Part shown: in pieces, positions 57,520 through 64,000 of the stretch | Numbering within the stretch: position 1 is the stretch's first letter | Layout: each line of letters starts with the position of its first letter | Source: Octopus vulgaris | Lineage: Eukaryota | Direction of reading: 5' to 3' | Assembly: GCA_951406725.2 (NCBI GenBank) | Contig: OX597821.1 | Span: forward strand, 27,590,001 to 27,654,000 | DNA length: 64,000 nt | The notes under the pieces: generated by a model | What the model was told of the DNA's origin: nothing | Seen by the model: the letters and a program-made list of their open reading frames with translations, nothing else | Databases searched by the model: none | Position numbers and translations under genes: made by a program

Positions 57520-59128
57520 GCTACTTCACCCTGAAGGACCACAAAGACCATTTCGAAAATAAACCGTCGGTCCGTTTGATTAACCCAACCAAGTCTGACA
57601 TCGGATCCGTCAGCAAGAAGATCTTGGACAGGATTTTACCAAAATGCGTGAAGCTTCACCCTTCCACTCTGGAATAGGACCTCCGAGGCAATAACTTGGT
57701 TCCGGGATTTACCAGATAAAAGCAACACCCGATTCCTACAACTGGATATCGAGGATTACTACGCCTCTATATCGGAGAGCTTGCTGATCGATGCGATTAA
57801 CTTCGCCAGGAGGTCCTCCACCATCACCGAGGCCGAGCAAGATGTGATCCTCCACGCACGTAAGACTTTTCTTTTCTATGACGGATCCCACTGGATCAAC
57901 AAAAAATCTGTGACCCCCTTCGACGTCAGCATGGGTGCTAACGACTCTGCTGAAATAAGTGACCTAGTGGGCCTTTTCATCCTCCATAGGCTGAAAACCC
58001 TATTCACAGCCTCTCCGGTGGTCTTTACCGAGATGACGGCCTTTTCGCCCTCCACAATATAAACCCCAGGACCACGGATGGGTTCCGGAAAAATCTTCAC
58101 ACCTTCTTTAAAAACTTAGGCCTTAGGATTACCCTAGAATCCAACTTAACTAAGGCTAACTTCCTAGATGTCACCCTCGACTTAAAAACCTCACTTTATT
58201 ACCCGTACCACAAACCAAATGAATCCCTTAGATATATAGATATCAATTCCAACCACCCCAGAAATATATTAGATAACCTAGTAAAAAGTGTCTCAATTAG
58301 AATCTCTAGCCTGTCCGCCACGGAAGATATCTTTAAGGCCGCAGCCCCCTATTACAACGAGGCCCTGGCCCGCAGTGGTTTTAAAGATAAGATTACCTAC
58401 ACTAGTATAGCCCCACGCCAACCCAGGAAAAATAGACGAAGACACATTAGCTGGTACAACCCCCCTTCAACCGTGAGGTCGCTACACCTGTAGCTAAGAT
58501 CTTTTTCACTCTCCTACAGAAACACTTCCCCACCCAACATAAGTACTACACTATCCTAAATAAGAACACTATTAGACTCTCCTACTCTACCACGCCCAAC
58601 CTAGCCAGGAACCTAGCCAACAACAATGTGAAAAAACTTAACATATCTACTTTCTCCGGGGCCCATCCAACGTCCGATAGCAATTGCAACTGCCATGATA
58701 AAACCACCTGCCCCCTCAACAACAACTGCCTACAGAGGGACCTAGTATATAAATGCGAGGTAAGATCAGGCCTTGACGATAAAAGTAAATCCTACATTGG
58801 AATGACGTCAAACAGCTTTAAGACCCGCTGGTATGCACATACACACTCGTTCCGGCGACAGGATAAATCCAACCAAACTACCCTCGCCGCCCACATCTGG
58901 TACCTTAAAAGGAACTCAATCCCCTTCAAGACCAAGTGGAAACTACTACAGAAGGCGCGCTCGTACACAGGAGGACATACCTGCTGTGACCTATGCATAT
59001 CAGAGAGCCTAGAGATCTTGTTCGCCAAAGGCCCTCTCCTTAACAAATTTTCAGAACACTCCCCAAATTGCATGCATAAGAAGTATGCGAACTACAAGAA
59101 CTATAGACCTACCCGGCAACCTGATTGA
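57520..59128 (+). CDS. Penelope-like reverse transcriptase + C-terminal GIY-YIG endonuclease (5'-truncated, about four frameshifts)
   Basis: Joined frames: [65 protein letters not shown] (YRDD 58026-58037), [18 protein letters not shown], CNCx5CPLx3C, VYKC...YIGMT...FKTRW..H, CDLCISE, LLNK..E...CMH. Confidence 0.92.
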
Positions 59129-59367
59129 TGACAACCCCCCCCTACAACCCCCCCCCTACAACCCCCCCAACCCCACTGTTCCCCTAGCACCCCCGATTAC
59201 CTTTTCTCCTAAGACCTTTCACATATTATATGTGCACGCTTGTATATGTGTATCGTATGTATGTATGTATATATGTATAGAAATGCATGGGTACAGTAGG
59301 AATATACGCATGTATTATGTGTGTGTGTGTGTATGTATGCATGTAAAAATATATATGTATATATATT

Positions 59368-59412
<45 letters not shown>

Positions 59413-59780
59413 GCTTGTATGTGTGTGTGTGTGTATATGTGTATATGTGTTTGTATGTATATGTGTATATATGTATATGCATATGTATGTGTAAATGTAT
59501 GTGCTTATGTATGTGTATGTATGTATAAAATATTATATAATTAGGGCTTAGGAAAATAAAATAAATTACTTTGCCACATACTAAACTTTCTAGAAATAGC
59601 AGCCAATAAAGTTTTTAGCCTCTTCCACTACTTAGAGAATTTTTTTCCCTCTAACATTGTTTACTCAAAATAATAATGGTCCCTTTACATACTGAACACT
59701 TGATGAAATTGATTAATAACTAATTAACTTTACCCTCCCTTGTTGATATATATATACATATGTATATGTGTACATGTATG

Positions 59781-59813
<33 letters not shown>

Positions 59814-60189
59814 ATGTGTGTATGTATGTATTTGTATATGTGTGTGTATATGTATGTGTGCGCGTGTGTGTGTATGTATGTGTATGTATACTTGTATATG
59901 TATATGCATGAATGTATATATATGTGTGTGTATATGTGTATTATGTATGTATTTATATAGATATGTAGTTTATATATATATATATGTATGTATATGCATC
60001 TGTCTGTGTGTGTGTATGTGTATATATGTGTATCATTTTTGCGTATGTATACATGTATATGTGTATATGTATGTGTGTGTGTGTGTGTATGTATATATAT
60101 ATATATATATTTGTATATATATGTATATACATATATATGCATACGTATGTGTATGTACATGTATATATGTATGTGTGTATATGTATATA

Positions 60190-60315
60190 TGTTTATATAT
60201 GTGAGTATGTAGTGATATAAGTATATGCATGTGTATGTATGGGTATGTGTATCAGTGTATATGTATATATGTATGTGTGTGTGTATGTATATGTATGTAT
60301 ATGTGTATATATGTA

Positions 60316-60350
<35 letters not shown>

Positions 60351-60413
60351 GTGTATATGTGTGTATGTATGTGTATGTGTATGTATGTGTATATATATCT
60401 ATATATGTATATA

Positions 60414-60457
<44 letters not shown>

Positions 60458-60949
60458 TGCGTGTGTGTATGTATGCATATATGTATGTATGCATGTATAT
60501 GTGTATGTATATATATGTGTGTAAGTGTGTGCATATATGTATTTGTAAGTATGTGTGCGCGTATGAGTATGTATGTATGCTTGCACACGTGTATATATAT
60601 GTGTGTGTGTGTATATATATGGATGCGCGTGCGTGTGTGCACGTGTATGGGTACGCATGTATATGTGTATGTGCGTGTATGCGTATACGTGTATGTATGT
60701 ATGTGTGTGCGTAGATTTGTATATGTATGTGTGAGTGTGTATATATATATATATATATATATACATATATATAGATGGGTGTGTGTATGCGTATAAATGC
60801 ATGTAAGTATGGATGTATGGATGTATGTATGTATGTATACGTATGTATGTGTGTATGTGTGTATGTATATATATATGTGTGTATATATGTTTGTGTATGT
60901 ATATATATGTGTATGTATGTGTGTGTATATGTATGTGTGTATGTGTATG

Positions 60950-61008
<59 letters not shown>

Positions 61009-62402
61009 GTATATATATAGGTATGTATCTGTATGTAGGAGTATATATGTGTGTGTGTGTATGTATATGCGGGTATATATATGTATATATGTATATTTAT
61101 TGGTGTATATGTATAGACTAGCCTCCTAAAGTGTAGACACGAATCTGTAGGTACGAGTACGTATGTGTATATACGTGAACGTATGTAGATGTTTGTATGT
61201 ATGAATATAACGCGTGCGTACGTGTATGTGTATGAGTGTACGAATGGGTGAATGTACGTGCTAATGAGTGTGCGTGCGGGAATGAGTACTTGCCTTCTAG
61301 TAGACAGACAAATGGACATGCAGCCATTGCCAGGATTCTTAGCCCTAGCGATCAAAGATAACAAAAGTAATAAATGAAGATAATAAAATTAAAATTAGGG
61401 AATGGGCCTGTATTGGTTGTATATATATATATGTATATGTATATTTGTATGTATGTATGTGTGTATGTGTAGGTATGTATAGGTACACATGTGTATGTGT
61501 ATGTGTATGTATATATGTGTGTATGTATGTATGTGCACACATGTATATATATGTATGCGTGTATATGTTTATATATATATATGTGTACATAGGTGTATGT
61601 GGGTGTATGTATATATAGGTGTAAATATGTGTATATAGGGAACTAGGTGTGTTGTGTGTGCATGAGTGTATGTGCGTATGAATATATATTTTTATGTGTA
61701 TATATGTATGTGTGGTCGTGGGTATATATATATATATATATATATATACATGTGTGTATGCGTGCATGCATGGGAGTGAGTGTATGCATATATACGTGTG
61801 TGTATGTGTAGACAGGTATAGGCATGTGCATGTGTATAAATTTGTATATGTGGGCGGGTGTATGTATGTGTGTATGTAGATATGTATGTATGTGTGTACA
61901 TATGTATATGTATATATATGTATATATATATATATATGTATATATATATGTGTGTGTAGATATATGTGTATGTATGTATGTGTGTGTAGATACGTATACA
62001 TGTGTGTATAGGTATAAGTGAGAATCTCCTTATTTACCTATAACTCTATCCCCCCTTTTTTTATATATATATTTTTTTATATATATATTTTTTATATATA
62101 TTTTTTTTTATATATATTTTTTATATTTTTTATTTTTTTATTTTATTTTTTTATTTTTTATTTTTTTATTTTTTTATTTTTTTATTTATCTATTCTTTCA
62201 TCTAACTTACCACTGACTCCTTGACCACTCCCCCAAGTATGATATTTTGCGCTATGCCTACCCCCAAAAAGTCCCCCACCACCACTCCTTTAAACCTGCC
62301 TAAATGTATAAATGCTAATACAATTCTTGTTAAATAGCTTCCTGAAGATTTCTCTTGAATGAAACAGTACTAGTCCTGTAGAAGCTCCTTCTATATAATA
62401 AA
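60190..62402 (+). repeat. Right arm of the inverted repeat (distal part of the ~3.3-kb 3' UTR/pLTR, 59129-62402)
   Basis: Reverse complement of 55333-57519. Ends in a short A-run followed by (TA)n. Confidence 0.95.
62336..62386 (+). ncRNA. Type I hammerhead ribozyme (right arm, sense to RT)
   Basis: agcttc CTGAAGA t-ttc-tctt-gaa-t GAA acag-tactagtc-ctgt A gaagct. Stem I is 6 bp, the core is CUGANGA/GAAA, and stem III is 4 bp with a palindromic ACTAGT loop. Predicted cleavage after GUA at 62380. Confidence 0.82.
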
Positions 62403-62406
62403 AAAA

Positions 62407-62534
<128 letters not shown>

Positions 62535-62708
62535 GTGCAAAGAGCAAATTAAAAACCCAAAATATGAGTACATGTTTATTTTTATTAATATTTAACGAAA
62601 GCAACATAGTTACTCAATACCTGATAGTTTCCTGCGTTGGTACCTTGATAAGTGACAACACACGATATTCTCGGACCCTGACTCGCTGTTACTTCTGCTA
62701 CATATCAG

Positions 62709-62773
<65 letters not shown>

Positions 62774-62789
62774 AACACAGTTGCAGCGA

Positions 62790-62988
62790 AAAAACCGTTA
62801 GATACACCAGAATATTTAAATTTAATTTGCGCCAAAAGATTTACGTCGTTTTGAAACCGCAACCCGTTCACTGACAAAATTTCGAGATGCACCACGAAAT
62901 GTTATCAGTAAACAGGTCACGGTTTCAATGCGACGGAAATATTTTATACAAATTAAATTTCAATGTTGAAGTTAATCTAACGGCTTTT
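62790..62988. repeat. ~200-bp imperfect palindrome (foldback/MITE-like)
   Basis: ccgttagat...aaatttaatttg...cgtcg..ttgaaaccg...ctgacaaaatttcg mirrors cgaaat...tcag...cggtttcaa..cgacg...caaattaaattt...atctaacgg about a centre near 62890. Confidence 0.8.
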
Positions 62989-63091
62989 GAATGTTTTTAA
63001 ATGACTTATAAACACCTTCCATGCTGCAATTGTTTTTGTATCACCACACAGTCGTTGATCAAGTCACTTGCTATGCAATTACATCTCCCTA

Positions 63092-63148
<57 letters not shown>

Positions 63149-63175
63149 GTATGTAGTATATTCGTATATATGGTT

Positions 63176-63206
<31 letters not shown>

Positions 63207-63211
63207 GTATG

Positions 63212-63243
<32 letters not shown>

Positions 63244-63247
63244 TGTA

Positions 63248-63317
<70 letters not shown>

Positions 63318-64000
63318 CCTGCTGGCTTAGCCAGCGGAATGGCGTCATTTAAAGGTTAAAACAATGCGAAACGCATTGTGACCAGCGATATGTAGCAACA
63401 TCTGATAGTCTGGTCGGTCACGGTAATATATATATAAATCATAAGTGCAAGCGGATACATGTGCCCGTATACATTTAGATCAATACTCATTGGAATTTAT
63501 GATTTTCACATGCACACAGATACCACACACACACACACAGATGCTGCATATATATAAATAAGTGTTTGCATATATATGTGTTTGTCTATGTGTGCGTGCT
63601 TGCTCTTGCCTGTGCACGAGTATTTATATAAACATTGCGAATTTTTACATTGGTTCATTGTATCAAATACCTTTTCTCAAACATTTGTTACACGAAATTT
63701 ATCGCACTTGACACTTGTCGAGGACATTCAAGTAATGAAGAAGGCATCACATGCGAACATGCTGCTTTTTATCTTACTGGTAAGTAATCGTATAATTATT
63801 CATTTACATGAAATTTCAATGTCACACAGGAAAATACTCAACGCTATTAAAATTCACATTTTTATGCTTTTGTCATTTATTTATTGTTTCATCTTGAATA
63901 GCTGTTATTTTGGCTGTAGTAGATAAATTAGCATATTCGAATTACTTGTTGATATTTGGGATTACCGTATTGAACTGTTTTGTCCCCATAATGTACATTA

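Larger units (their letters stand above)
55262..62402 (+). mobile_element. Penelope-like retroelement (PLE), 5'-truncated, with inverted pseudo-LTR
   Basis: RT + GIY-YIG ORF flanked by ~2.2-kb inverted repeats, each carrying a hammerhead. (TA)n lies on both sides. Confidence 0.9.

Overview
AT-rich, microsatellite-dense eukaryotic (animal) DNA. The SINE, MITE and LINE repertoire looks like an octopus/cephalopod genome (inference). I recognise no host protein-coding gene, and most ORFs in the track are translated (TA)n/(CA)n/(TAA)n repeats. The main feature is a ~7.1-kb Penelope-like retroelement (55262-62402). It has a 5'-truncated RT + C-terminal GIY-YIG ORF (57520-59128) and a ~3.3-kb 3' repeat made mostly of cryptic microsatellite. 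About 2.2 kb of that repeat is copied in inverted orientation upstream. Each arm has a type I hammerhead ribozyme near its outer end. At least six more minimal hammerhead-like motifs lie elsewhere, three of them with the compensatory U3-A8 core. Other elements: five full copies and one partial copy of a GG-ended MITE with 8-bp TSDs and internal TTAGGG repeats (Merlin-like), two decayed mariners, three R4/Dong-type LINE fragments, CR1-like 3' ends, a solo LTR, a mini-Helitron, several tRNA-derived SINEs and several foldbacks.
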